Below, piece after piece: positions 47,211 to 62,492 of a stretch of DNA of 64,000 nt. Position 1 is the stretch's first letter. Each line of letters starts with the position of its first letter. The stretch comes from the human T2T-CHM13v2.0 reference genome, Homo sapiens. The notes beneath the pieces are model-generated. The model saw nothing but the letters and a program-made list of their open reading frames with translations. It made no database searches and was not told the origin of the DNA. The position numbers and the translations under genes were made by a program. Where the stretch lies: assembly GCF_009914755.1 (NCBI RefSeq), contig NC_060934.1; one strand, 5' to 3'.

Positions 47211-49587
47211 ATAGGCCTTTTGGGACCATCAGCTTTGATATATTCTATCATGCTCACAAATTCTGACTCACTTTCCTCAACATTTGTTAAATGATTTGTT
47301 AAAATAATTCAAGTACTTATTTAAAACACAATTGGACCTTACAGTCACTACTGCTCTAGTGATTTACAGTGATAAGGAGTTGTGACACTTTTCTCTATAT
47401 AAAACCTAGAGCTGAAAGTTTGTTAATGTAATAAAAGGAGCCACTATTTTCTTCTTTTCCACTCATGTATATGCTGTAGGAATGTTCTATAATATAAAAA
47501 ACCATACGGCAAGATACAAAGCTGTTCCACAACTAATATTTTGAAAACTCATTTCCAGGTCAACTGAGCCCAAAATGCCTAATTTGATGACATTTTAAGA
47601 AAATGAAAGGTAGAATTATTTTAATATTCTTAATGCCAAGGTAGAGGTAATTTTCAACTCTACTGTTTTGCTGGTGATCTTATCCCTGGTTGCAGCCTTT
47701 CTGGTTCCTGACTTAATAGAGAAAATCATTTCTGTTTGTTCAGAATGATGATCAAACCCCTGACGTGATGGTGCTCACGGCTGTAATGCTTTGATGGACA
47801 GGGATTTAGTGTTCTGCCTGGCTTTGCCCTGGAGCAGCCTGAAGACTGGGTAAGGAAATGGTTTTGTGGCTGCTCTGATGAGGAAAATCTAAGTTAATCC
47901 ACACATGAGGATATAAAATTCCCATCCAGTGCTAACTCCCACCATTGTGAGGCATGGGAGTCGCTGGTCCCTCCTAGGGCTGGTCGCTGGACATCATCTG
48001 GACAAAAGAAAGGGCAGAGTCTTTATCATGTGTGGAGTTACATCCTGGGGCCATGTTGTCCACAGTCCTGATTTGTCAGAAGATGGGGTGCTCAGGCCTC
48101 CACCTCCAATATAACTCTCAGAATGTGAAAGAATGACTCTCTGTGAGGCATGGGGACAATTTTGATGACTCTTGTGCCACGATGGCAATTCCATGAAATA
48201 GATTCATTGAGTAAAGAATAGACTGTGATGGAAATTCACCAATGCAAATTGCTTCATTTTACCGTCTCTATCCTTTGGAATTTTGCTTTTATTGATGGTC
48301 TTGCTTGGTGGAAAAGAAGAACCAAGAAGGTTACGTGGGTGTGATATTGCCCACGGTACCTGATGTGCTCTGGTTTTAATCGGCTGGTACCTCACAGTGA
48401 ATCTCCCAAACAGTAACACGGTTGCTATGGTCTGGGTATGAAAGGAAGGTGCAAGAAAGGTCCTCAGAGGCCTGCCTACTGGTATGTGATCCACACACAT
48501 TTCCATCATTTTCAGTCATTTAAGAGGCCAGAGGCTGATGGAGGATTGATAGGATCTCTAGGCAATCTTTAATCTGTACAATCTTTAATGCTCACCAGCT
48601 GATTATCAGCTGATGGGGAAGATAACTTACATATTCTTGTAAATTTCTCTCCTCCTCCTGTTCCCAGAACCCAAAGAAGAGCCCCATTGTACTAGTCCTC
48701 AATAATCCAGGAAACAAAACTGACTGTAGACTGAAAAGTGAAACTTCACGTCTGCAAAGTACTTTTCATCTTAGAAATACTTTCTTTTGAGGGACTTCCA
48801 AGTCCAGGAAGTATGGGAGAATGGAACCCTTTGGGGTTTTAACCCCAGTGAGTGGCAAAGCGGTGACTTGGAATAGGAGGAGGCCCTGGAATTATTCAGA
48901 GTGGAGTCAGAATTGTGTCATTGCGCTTCCCAGCTGCAGGGCCTGTGTAGACTATTGAAGTTAGGTCTTGGCTTTCTTCACCACCAAATAGGGACAATTT
49001 CCACTGCATAGAGCCATTTCTACCATTTAACAACAAATGTATAAGGCATTTAGCGCACAGCCCAGCACATAGTCACTCAATAAAAAATAGATATCATTGT
49101 CTGTTTTGTTAATCAGTAAGAACCCAAGACAAGGTGGGAGGCGGTAGAGATCTTGTGGAGGAGAAGAAAGGGTGGAAATAAAGGCGGTTGCTCTGAGCTA
49201 GGCTAAAGAAGGCAGCACCGTACCAAGATATCACTAGGACTGATTCCACTGCCCTGAAGATCCCAGCCAGTGACAGGACCCGGAGTGGTCCCCATGGATA
49301 GTCAAGCCAGAGCACACGACTGCTGGGACTGGAATGGATTTGGACCGGGAAGCAGGAACTTTGCAAAATCTGGCCAGCAAACTTTGTAACTGCCTATTTG
49401 CTTCATTTTCCTCTTAATAGCACGTCGTCTCATTTTGTGGGACTGATTTTTTGGGAACTCCCCACTACATTACAACATTATGCCAGAATTTCACAGTAGT
49501 AAAAACAATAATTTTTGTAAACAGAATAGGGCTCTTCCTAGTCGTCACTAAGACATGCCTTAAGTTTGCTGAGAAATATGGTGGGTG

Positions 49588-49960
<373 letters not shown>

Positions 49961-50644
49961 TGAAATATGGTGGGAGTAGGATGGGCCTGTAACAACAAAG
50001 TGTCTTATTGGCAAAATGTGGAAAACCCACGTGTAGCACAAAAAGCAGGATGCTTGGAAGGATTGCAGCCACCAGAGTTCTGTGTTCAGGAACTCCAGAG
50101 GCTTGGAGAATCATGTAATAAGAAGTTGAGAAGTAAGTCACTGTGGGAAAAAAGTCTTGGCTGTGTCTACTGCTGTACTCCTGATCTAGGGATGTGGCCT
50201 GTTCAGTTCATTACAGAACCAGGATAAGAGCAGCTGAGACTTTTCTCATACCTTTTTCAGATAAAAATGAAGATGGTAATAAACAGAGCAATTAAACCGA
50301 TTATAATTACATATGCACAGTGGGGATTTGGGGGATGAGGAGATCATTGTCCATGTAAGTAATTAATGGTGAGGCATAGAATTTCGCACTAGGTGGGGTT
50401 TTCCAAACAGGTTGAGAACAGGAAGTCAGGAGCAATGCACTGGCAAGTATTCAAGATCTTTAGGGACCAGAGGTGGACTCCGACCTTTTAAAAACTGGAA
50501 TTCCCCACAGTTTGGGTTTCAGTGTATTAGGAAAGAGGTCAGCCCAACTGTGTCCTTCCATAGCTGCATAATTCATAATGTCGTAAAGTAAATATTTTTT
50601 TCCTCTCAAATTTCCTCAGAGGCAGTTGGATTTTATCCGTTTCA

Positions 50645-51002
<358 letters not shown>

Positions 51003-51493
51003 CTAGTTCATATTCTCACGTCGACAATATTTACTGAGCACCTACGACACGGAGGCAAGAGCTGCCTTTGACTGTAGGCTTTGGCACCATCACTTACACA
51101 CTGCATGATGTTAGGCAGTTTCCTACCTTTGCTATGCCTCCGTTTTTTCCATCTATAAAATGGGGCTAATGACATTCTTCTCACTGAGTTATCGTGAGGA
51201 TTAAATGAATTAATACACATAAAGCACTCAGGACAGTGCCTGGTAGAAAGCAAAGACACATTAAGCAGTGACTGCTCTCACTCACCAAACTGTTTCCCTG
51301 TGCCAGGTGCTGCTGTCCTGAGGACTTTCAGTGAATTAACTCATTTAATTAGGACAGGACCCTGTGAGGTAGGTATGATTATTACCCCATTTTGCAGATG
51401 GTAAAACTGAGGCTTAGAGCTGGAAAGTGATGCTCTGGTTATTGTAAAGACTAATAGAGATGATGAAAGACCTAATAAAATACAAATTACCAT

Positions 51494-52175
51494 TGTGGTA
51501 TAATAAAAAATAAATATTTGGTCTCTGTACCCAGTTCCTGGTACAGGGCTCCTGTCTTCTGTATGCTAGTAAGATTGGCTCATAAGATCGTTAAGGGAGG
51601 CTCCAGGTAGCTTGGGGGTGGGGGCTGGTCACCAGAAGGACCAAGATGTAATTAGAGGGTTGGGAGTTTCAATCCCACTCCCTGACCTCCAGGGAGGGCA
51701 GGGGGCCTACGGATTGAATCCATCACTCATGGCCAATGATTTAACCAACCACGCCTATGTAATGAAACTCCAATAAAACCCCTAATGGACAGGCTTTGGA
51801 GAGCTTCCAAGTGGGTGAACCCATGGAGGTCCTTGCAAGGGGGTGTACCCAGAAAGGGCCTAGCAGCTCCACGCCCTCCCGCATGCCCTGCCCAGTGCAC
51901 CTCTTCCATTTGGCTGCTTCTTTATAATAAACTGGTAAACATAAGCAAAGCCTTTCCCTGAGTTCTGCAAGTCATTCTAGCAAATGACTGAAACTGAGGA
52001 GGGGATGTGGGACCCCCTAATTTATTGCCATTTTGAAGTACAGGAGGCCCAGGCTTGCCACTGGCAGTCTTGTGTCCTGAGCCCTTTACTTGGGGGATCT
52101 GACACTGATTCCAGATAGAAGGTGTCAGGATTGCAAAGGCATTGTTGGACACCCGGCTGGTGTCAGAGAATTGTA
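51494..52175. mobile_element. MER21-family LTR
   Basis: ggggctggtcaccagaaggaccaag..attagagggttggga..ggccaatgatttaa..gtttccctgagttct-like text..ggacacccggctggtgtc. Confidence 0.75.
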
Positions 52176-52914
52176 GAATCGGGAAGTATTTAATAGCCTA
52201 ACCAAAATGCAGTATCTAGCCTTTCGATGCTCTCTTTCTCTGTGCTTTAACTGATTTTTTATCTTTTCCACCTTGGGGCAGCCTCTCCTTACCGAGTATC
52301 ACACCCTGTCCCTTCTCTGAAGCTACACTCCCAGGTCATGCTTATATGCTCAGCCACAGGAATATTCCAACCGTATCTCTAATGTTCATCCTGGGGTTTA
52401 GATCTATCTTAGCATTCTTGAGAGTATCTATGGCACAGCCCTGCCAGGTGTCCTGAAAATAATTCCAAAGGAGGAGAGAATCACGTTCCATAAGAGAAAA
52501 CCAAGGACGCCGGGGTGAGCGCAAGGATAAGCCTGCCACTCAGCTTGTTCTCTGTACTCTGTCCCGTTGGTGCCCACTTGGATTGCAGGAAGAGGAGCTG
52601 GAAATGAAATGCTCAGAACACAGAGAAGAGCTGCTTCCCTGAAACCTCCATGGTTGACACTGGCAGATTCAGCAGCCTGGGGAGCAGCAGTGACAGGTGA
52701 CAGGCTCTTTCATGGCAGGGTTGGCCCTGGGAGAGAGAGGTGAGACTGCAGTTCTAGTGTCCCGTGGGCAGCCTAGTCTGGCACAGAGCACTAGCAGCTT
52801 TCATGGCACCTCGGCAGCCTATGCAGTAAGCGTCTCTTCAGGAAAGGGCCCTGAGCAGGGCAGGAGGAGATCGCAGATGCCAGGTAGCTGCTGAGAGATC
52901 CACGGCATTGCATT

Positions 52915-53375
52915 TGCATGGCATCCTGAATTGAATAGTGTCTCACCCTCAATTAATGTCCTTCCCAGAATCTCAGAATGTGAGCTTATTTGGGAATAGG
53001 GTGGTTGCAGATGTAATTAAGGTAACATGAGGTCACACTGGAGTAGGGTAAGCCCTTAATGCAGTATAGCTGGTATTCTTGTAAGAGGAGACTCAGAGAC
53101 AGACACAGAGAGAAGAACACCATGGGCCAATGGAAGCAGGGATGGCAGTGAAGTGTCTACAAGCCAATGGATGCCAAGTATGCCTGGCAACCACCAGAAC
53201 TAGGAGAGGGGCATGGAACACACTCTCCCTTGAGGTCTCCAGAGGGAACTAACCCTGAGGAGACCTTGACTTTCGACTTTCAGCCTCCAGAACTGTGAAA
53301 GAATAAATTTCTGTTGTCTTAAACTACCTGGTTTGCAGTGTTTTGTTATGGCAGCCACAAGAAGCTCATACACAC
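52915..53375 (+). mobile_element. MLT1-family LTR
   Basis: cagaatgtgagcttatttgggaatagg..cagcctccagaactgtga..aataaatttctgttg. Confidence 0.85.
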
Positions 53376-53378
53376 AGC

Positions 53379-54112
<734 letters not shown>

Positions 54113-54784
54113 ACCTTAGACATCCTCCTAAGTGCTCCCAGACTACGTGAGCAAACGTTTTGAAGGGTTTCTACGGAGATGGTGGGGCCAGGACCACAAA
54201 AACACTGTGCAGTGATTTATTTGTTTTCTCTCTCAGGTTAATAACTGTGAGGAAAAGAGGTCATACACCTGTTGTTTCTACAGAATGGTGTATTAGCATA
54301 GACCCTTGGCACTGATCCCTGATGGTGGAGCATGGCTGATGTTCTGTGCAAAGGAGGGTGAGATCCCTGTGAGTAATTCTCCTTCCCTGTAAACAAACAC
54401 CTCTCACAACATGAGGATTACGGGGCAAGGGTGTGCAGGGGGCACCTTGTGCAGCCTGAAAACCATGTTAATCTTAAAGCTTTACTATCAGCACAGCCCA
54501 GCCCTGCTGATCTACCCCCAGTGGAAGCTGGAATGCTCTCATTTTCCATGCCCTTCACCTCCCTAGAACTGAGCTTCCAATACACCTTGCCCATTTTCCC
54601 TTGCCTACCTATCCTCTGCCAACTCTGGTAAGTGCCTCACTTTACTTTCCAGGAGAACGTGGTTTTAGTTATTAATTTTTCACCCCTATTGCCTAGTAGC
54701 TGCCCATCTTTGACTTGGAAGGAAGGTTACACTTGCTTTGTTGATTGTTATGGCCCCCATCCACCTCCATCAAAAAGACCCTTG

Positions 54785-55225
54785 TGGCTGGGCATGGTGG
54801 CTCATGCCTATAATGAAAGTGTTTTGGGAGGCCGAGGTGAGGTAAGAGGATTGCTTGAGGGAAGGAGCTTGAGACCAGCCTGGGCAACATAGCAAGATCC
54901 CGTCTCTACAAAAAAATGAAAAAACTAGTGGATTGTGGTGGTACAGGTGTCCCAGCTACGCAGGAGGATCACCTGAGCCCAGGAGCTCCAGGCTGCAGTG
55001 AGTTATGATCACCCCACTGCACTCCAGCCTCGGCAATAGAGTGAGACCCTGTCCCTACAAAATTTTTTTTTAAAAATTAGCTAGGTACCTGCAGTTTTAG
55101 CTACTTGGGAGGGTGAGGTGGGATGATTTCTTGAGCCAAGGAATTTGAGGCTGCAGTGAGCTCTGATCGCACCACTGCACTCCAGCCTCCATGACAGAGT
55201 GAGACTCTGTCTCTTAACAAAAAAG
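54785..55225 (+). mobile_element. AluJ with two right arms (trimeric)
   Basis: Left arm, right arm, second right arm; outer TSD aaaaagaccc(t/c)tgtgg. Confidence 0.85.
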
Positions 55226-55731
55226 ACCCCTGTGGTTTCTCAGCACTTCTGGAGGCCCTATCTTCAGCATGCTCTGAAACAAACCACCCTGGTTCTTTGT
55301 CTCTGGCCTTTGTATCTCACTATTATGGCCTTGCCACCTCTTCTGTGGCTGCTGACCCTGGAGAGGTCACCTCCCCTGCCCCAGCACTGTGACTTTCCCA
55401 GTGTGGATTCAGGAAAACGGACGCTGCTTTTTCTCCCCTGCATGACTCTGTCCTAAGAGTCCACAGCCTTGCCCTAATTTCCCAAAACACAGCTGAGGCC
55501 AGTGGAAAAGTTTTCATATGGCTAAACTTTAGGTTCAACGATACTCCAAAAAAAAATCAAAATTTCTCTACGAGTGTGGATCCAAGCTAGAGTCTTCTAC
55601 ACAGCCAGCATCCTATTTGATACCTGGGCAGTGTCCACTGAACAGGGGCAGTCCACGCACACCCAGCACCCTTGAGGCTCAGAGCTCCCTGTGACTCATT
55701 GTCAGGAGAAACTGTCCCCTCCAATGCCAAG

Positions 55732-56074
55732 TGATATGGTTTGGCTGTGTCCCCACCCAAATCTCATCTTGAATTGTAGCTCCCATAATCCCCACATGTT
55801 GTGGGAGGGACCTCGTGGGAGGTAACTGAATCGTGGGGGCAGGGTTTTCCCCTGCTGTTCTTGTGATAGTAAGTCTCATGAGATCTGATGGTTTTATAAA
55901 GGGCAGTTTTTGCTTTTGCCTGCCACCATGTAAGATGTGACTTTGCTCCTCCTTTGCCTTCCTCCATGATTGTGAGGACTTTCCAGCCACATGGAACTGT
56001 GAGTCCATTAAACCTCTCTCCTTTATAAATTACCCAGTCTCAGGTATGTCCTTATAGCAGTGTGAGAATGGACG
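55732..56074 (+). mobile_element. THE1-family LTR
   Basis: tgatatggtttggctgtgtccccacccaaatctcatcttgaattgtagctccc..ataaattacccagtctc. Confidence 0.92.
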
Positions 56075-56487
56075 CAAGAGAAGAAGTTTACTCCCCACCT
56101 GTATCTCAAAGCCACTTTGCTGGATCTTCAATTTTTGCCTTTCCCCAGGAAGATGGGAGGTGAGAGCACTGAAGTACTTCAGAGAAGATCCCAGGTCTAT
56201 ATACTCTGGACCTCTGTCCCCAGTACTCAACCTCAGTCACTTTGTTAATAAAATTAATGAATAGATCAATGTTCCATCTTCTTCCAAAGGAGATTCAAGG
56301 AACTGAGGTTTTCAGGTTACTCTGTATGGATATGCTTTGGTGGATCTGGTCTTTCCAGACGCAGTCTTCATCCTCACGTCTTTATGATGTTTCCCATCAA
56401 GGCAGTAAGATGTGCAATAATAGAAGGTAAGGCTTGTGTTTCCTCTCTTCTGACTTCCCTGCACTCTATCCCTATGCTGATCTAGCT

Positions 56488-56491
56488 ACAC

Positions 56492-56546
<55 letters not shown>
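56488..56546. repeat. (CA)n microsatellite, one interruption
   Basis: Direct reading. Confidence 0.97.
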
Positions 56547-56549
<3 letters not shown>

Positions 56550-56724
56550 AAGACCTAAGACAGTGAATTGCACATAGCACAAACTATACGATCACTAGAT
56601 TTATTTTCTCACAAGGATTCTGAACAACTGAAAGGTTAAAAACTGTACATTATGCCTGCCCTCAGGTTACAGATATTTGCTCTTTTCAGTTTTAAAACAC
56701 CAACTTTATTTCTTTTATGTAATT

Positions 56725-57440
56725 GAAAATTGTTTCAACTTTTTATTTTCGTGGGTCCATAGTAGGTGTATATATTTACGGGGTACATGAGACGTTTTGA
56801 TACAGGCATGCAATGTGTAATGATCACATCATGGAGAATGGGGTGTCCAACCCCTCAAGCATTTATCTTTAGTGTTATAAACAATGCAATTATAGTCTTT
56901 TCGTTATTTTAACATGTACAATGAAATTATCATTGACTATTGTCACCCCGTTGTGCTATCAAATAATAGTGGGTCTTATTAATTCTCTCTCTTTTTTTTT
57001 TGAGACGGAGTCTCGCTCTTTCGCCCAGGCCAGAGTGCAGTGGCGCGATCTCGGCTCACTGCAAGCTCCGCCTCCTGGGTTCACGTCATTCTTTTTTAGA
57101 GATGTAGTCTCACTCTGTCGCCCAGGCTGGAGTGCAATGACACAATCTTGACTTACTGCAACCTCCACCTCCCATGTTCAAGCAATTCTTCTGCCTCAGC
57201 CTCCTGAGTAGCTGGGATTACAGGCACGTGCCACCACACCTGGCTGGTTTTTGTATTTTTAGTAGAGATAGGGTTTCTCCATGTTGGCCAGGCTGGTCTT
57301 GAACTCCTGACCTCAAGTGATATGCCCGCCTCAGCCTCCTAAAGTGCTGGGATTACAGGCGTGAGCCACCGGACCTGATCTTATTCATTCTTTATAACTA
57401 TGTTTTTGTGTTGATTAAACATCCCCACCTCTCCCCAACC
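56725..57440 (-). mobile_element. L1MA-like 3' end with inserted compound antisense Alu (56992-57378)
   Basis: L1MA 3' text; partial AluY-like arm 56992-57088 joined to a full Alu 57092-57378; TSD tcttatt(a/c)attct. Confidence 0.85.
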
Positions 57441-58385
57441 CCCCGTGATTGAAAAAAAAATTTAAAGTTTTTTCCCCCAGTATTTCTTTAGTTGCAGCCT
57501 CTGTCCCAGCGAATGACTTCCTTGGACCTCTGAATAAGTAGGTCTAATTCATTCTTTCTAACTATATTTTTTTGTACCCATTAAACATCCTCACTTCCCC
57601 CCTCCACCCTCTGTAACTGAAAAAATATTTTAAGTTTTGGCCCCAGTATTTCTCCAGTCGCATCCTCTGTCCCAGCTAACTGCTTCTTTGGGCCTCTGTG
57701 GTGTGCATGGTGTTGCTTGTTTGCTACTGGCTTTCTAAACTGCTGCACACTCATCTTTCAGCCTATGGAGACCTCTCACCATCTGCCGCGGCTCTTTCAT
57801 GTGCAAATAGTCAGGCATTTCACATCCAAGCTCTTTGCTGCTTCTTTGTTTCTTCTAGGGAGAGAAACGAGCTTGTGTTATAGTTCTTGTTCTCTGTCAT
57901 TCATAAATTTGAAAAATAAATAAATAAAAGGTATTGCTGGTGAGATATTTGGAAAAATTCTTGTTCCTGGCATCTCCCCAATTAACAAGTGAGTCTTTTG
58001 TGGCTCTCTTTAGCCTTGCGAGGTCTGGCAGGCTATGTTTTTCTCACAAAACCTTGAAGCCTGAGTCAGTGGCAATGTTCTGTATCTCTTCTGGCTTGTC
58101 ACAGCTGAGCAACACATGAGAAAAATGCTAGTCTTCTTCACTCAGGCTTAGGAATGAGGCCTCAAAGGGTTTTGCAATTGAAGGCATTTTGCTTATGGGT
58201 CAGCGGATGTTATGTAATGTAATATTGTCAATATAGTTCCTAGGCTCTTAATTATTTGCCTCTTGGTTGTGGCAACACAAACAGAGAACACACAGTCACC
58301 TGACTACTCAAATTCCAATAAATACAGGAACATGATTCATTCAAGAAAAGCAATAAAAGAGAGACTTCCCCCCCATTCAGCATAA

Positions 58386-59009
<624 letters not shown>

Positions 59010-60339
59010 TAACAAAACTCACTCAGAAATAAAAAGAGAGCTCTGGTCAGGAAGTAATATATAGTTACATGCAAGTAAAACCATTCATTAATTCCCACCC
59101 AGGCCTTCCAGGGACACAGGCATAGATGTGTGTGTTTTCTGGTTCCTCCAATGAGTAGAACTGGAGAGAAATGATTAGGAAAGTCCAGGCTTGGTTGAAG
59201 GAGGTGATAGTCCCCAAATGCTAGCTTCCCAAACCCATAGGGACAAGAAAGCCGAGGGGATTTGGGCTATCTTTATACTGAATTCATCCTCCCATAAAAT
59301 TCATTTAGGGTCAATCTGAAGTTTGAGTTACACACCTATTGCTTTTTTTCAAAGATAAATTATCATTTGCTACATGTTTGAGATGCATATTTTACTTTCA
59401 AAATATTCATTTCTCATCCTAGAATTTTTTTCCCAATTACCTTTTAGGTACGTTGTCTAGTCTAGATCAACAAACCACTGGCAGGCAATGGGAGAGTCTG
59501 GGAGAGAAGAAATGTAAATGATGTTTTTTAAATAACATCCATGTTACCATTCATATGCAAGACTCCATTTTCCATAGTGTGGTAAAAACTAGAAAAAAAT
59601 GACCACATTTCGTAAGAAGGATAAAGATAGAAATTCACTGTTGACTGGGAACCTGATCTAGGGAGGCACAGATTGGATTCTCAAGGTCCTTTCTCTGCTT
59701 CTTACATGACCAGAGGGAGGTTGGCTGGTGGAAACACTGAACACATCCCTGTAGGGTGGTCCTTGAGGTTACATGAGGCCCTTTGGTGGAAGACCATATG
59801 CCACAGGGTCCCGGTGACTACAGGGTCTCCAAAGAGCTGATTGGCTGGGCATGATTACACATATCCACCTGCTAAATCGTAGCTCCAAATGCAACATCCA
59901 GCACTCAGAGGCCACATGTGGACTTCTAGGTCACCTTGATCACGCATAGTATCTACCCTTGGTTTAGAAGGTGGTGGGATGATCAAGGGAAAAATGCCCT
60001 GGTCAAACTAAAAATGATTTTCATTGTCAAGACAATGACAATGCATTTGGATATAACTGAGGAGAAAACAAAAAAAAATGCAAAGCATACCTTCTTTATC
60101 CAGCCATTTTGATGAAAAAACAGTGAAAAGACAAAGAGCTTACTCCAAATCATATGAGAATTGAAAGGGAGTGCCAACCTGGTCCAAACTGAATTCAGCT
60201 CTGTGAATGTCATTGTGAAGTCTAATATTTGTATGTAAATAAAATCACGTGGTTACTGTAACTCCTCCCTCCTCTGGAATTCCAGTGCTGTTACCTCCTA
60301 AATGAAGAATAATGTACAGGCTAGAGGTAGGATGTCTTA

Positions 60340-60741
60340 GAGACTATCTGCTCCTTCAATACAATTCCTGTATTGAATCCCCAACCACCAGCATGGCAAT
60401 ATCTGGAGAGGGTGCCTCTAAGGATGTAATTAAAAATAAATAATATCATATGGGTGAGGCCCTGATTGGATAGGATTAGTGTGCTTACAAGAAGAGATGT
60501 CAGAGAGCCCTCTCTCTTTCTCTCTCTTTCTCTCCATGTGTGAACTGAGGAAAGGCTATGTGAGCAGACAGCGAGAAGGTGGCCACCTTAAGCAAGGAAG
60601 AGAGCTCTCACTGGGAAGTGGGTAAGTGGGAACATTGACCTTGAACTCCCCAGCATCCAGAACTGTGAGAAATACATTTCTACTGTTTAGGCCACCCAGT
60701 CTGCTTTATTTTGTTATAGCAGCCTCAGCAGACTAACACAC
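60340..60741 (+). mobile_element. MLT1A/MST-like MaLR LTR
   Basis: ccagcatccagaactgtgagaaatacatttct..tttgttatagcagcctcagcagactaacaca. Confidence 0.8.
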
Positions 60742-61129
60742 CATTCCTCTGCCTGTTCAGTTGTTTGACTCAATAACGGAAGCTTCTCACGAGCATCTCA
60801 AAATTGTTCTCCATCCTCCTCTAATCAATAAGCAGGATCTGACAATTGTTTGAAATCAAGCAATGATATCCTTTGAGTAGTCAAAATAGCTATCACATAT
60901 TTTGTATTTTCTATGTGCCAGGCACCCTTCCAGGTATGAATGTATTTGATAATTACAACAATCCTATGAACTAGATGCTATTATTACACCATTTTATAGA
61001 AAAGGAAACCGAGGCATAGTGGTGCTAACTCGCTAACTCAACTAGTAAGTGTGGGGAGAAGGATTCTAACTCATGCAGTCTAGTTCCACAGTCTATACCT
61101 TTAACTACTCTATCTCTAAGTTTAAGCAG

Positions 61130-61560
61130 TAGCTGGCGTTTATTGCATCCTCCTTTTGAGCCCGACGTTAAATATTATATGTCAATTCACTTATTTAATT
61201 ATCACATACAATACTTTCCATTTTCTGTAGTGTGGCAAAAACCAGAAAAAAATGACTACATTTCATAAGAAGGATAAAGATAGAAATTCACTGTTGACTG
61301 GGAACCTAGTCTAGGGAGGCACAGATTGGATTCTCATGGTCCATTCTTTGCTTCTTACACAACCAGCGGGAGGTTGGCTGGTGGGAACACTGAACACATC
61401 CTTGTAGGGGATATCAACTCTATGAAATAGGTACTATTATTACAATCCTGTTTTGCATAAGAGAAAAATGGAAGCACAGAGAGGTGAGTAATGTACTTAA
61501 GGGCATCTAAGGTGACCACTTTTACAAGTGGACTACTTGGGAAGCCAGCCAGGCACTCTT
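61130..61560 (-). mobile_element. MIR interrupted by a 193-bp local duplicate
   Basis: ttatttaattatcaca / caactctatgaaataggtactattatt..gcacagagagg. Confidence 0.7.
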
Positions 61561-62214
61561 GCTTCGAAGCCTGCCCTCTTCAGTAGAAGGCATTTTCATG
61601 TTCAAAGACAAGCACTGGGCCTATTTTATTTCTGCTTCTACTTTGAACCTCAAGCAAAGTGCTTTCAACATTGGAAAAATCAATAATATGTGTCAAATGC
61701 CTCATTTTCAAAAGATAAGGTACGCAAATCATTTCCATATATGGGAATTTGGTGGGTGATCAAGGCAACATTCTCCAATTAATGGGAAGAAGATGGATTA
61801 TTTGATTCATGTTTTCTGGGACAAATGGCTGGCCACTTATATAGAGAGGAAATACAGATGAATCTTTTCTGATCTTTGGGTCCCCATGGACTTCTAAGCA
61901 TAATAACAAAGCCAAAAATAATATAAAAAAATTAAAATTCTGTATGGCAAAACCTACCATGAGTAATGTTAATAGACTGACTCACTAGTGGAAAGATTAG
62001 CAACAGCTTTGATTTTTATGTATAAGATTTCCTTTTCCTAATATACTCAGAGCACTTACAAACCAATAAGGAAAAAAAAATGACCAAAGGGCAGAGGATA
62101 TAATCAAGTAGTTTTACAAAACAAGAGCCAAAATCGCCAACATTTTGGCTATAAATGTGCAATATTTAAAAGCACATTCTGGCTATAAATATGCAATATT
62201 TAAAAGCACATTTA

Positions 62215-62492
62215 GGCCGGGCGTAGTGGCTTATGCCTTTAATTCCACAATTTGGAGGCCGAAGCGGGTGGACTACCTGAGGTCAGGAGTTCAAGACCAG
62301 CTTGATCAACATGGGTGTTGATCAACCCCGTCTCTACTAAAAATACAAAAATTATCCAGGTGTGGTGATGTGCACCTGCAATCCCAGCTACTTGGGAGGC
62401 AGAGGCAGGAGAATCACTTGAACCCGGAGGCGGAGGTTGCAATGAGCCAAGATTCCAGTCTGAGCGACAGAGTGAGACTCCATCTCAAAAAA
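62215..62492 (+). mobile_element. Alu (S family)
   Basis: TSD approximately aaa(a/g)gcacattta. Confidence 0.93.
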
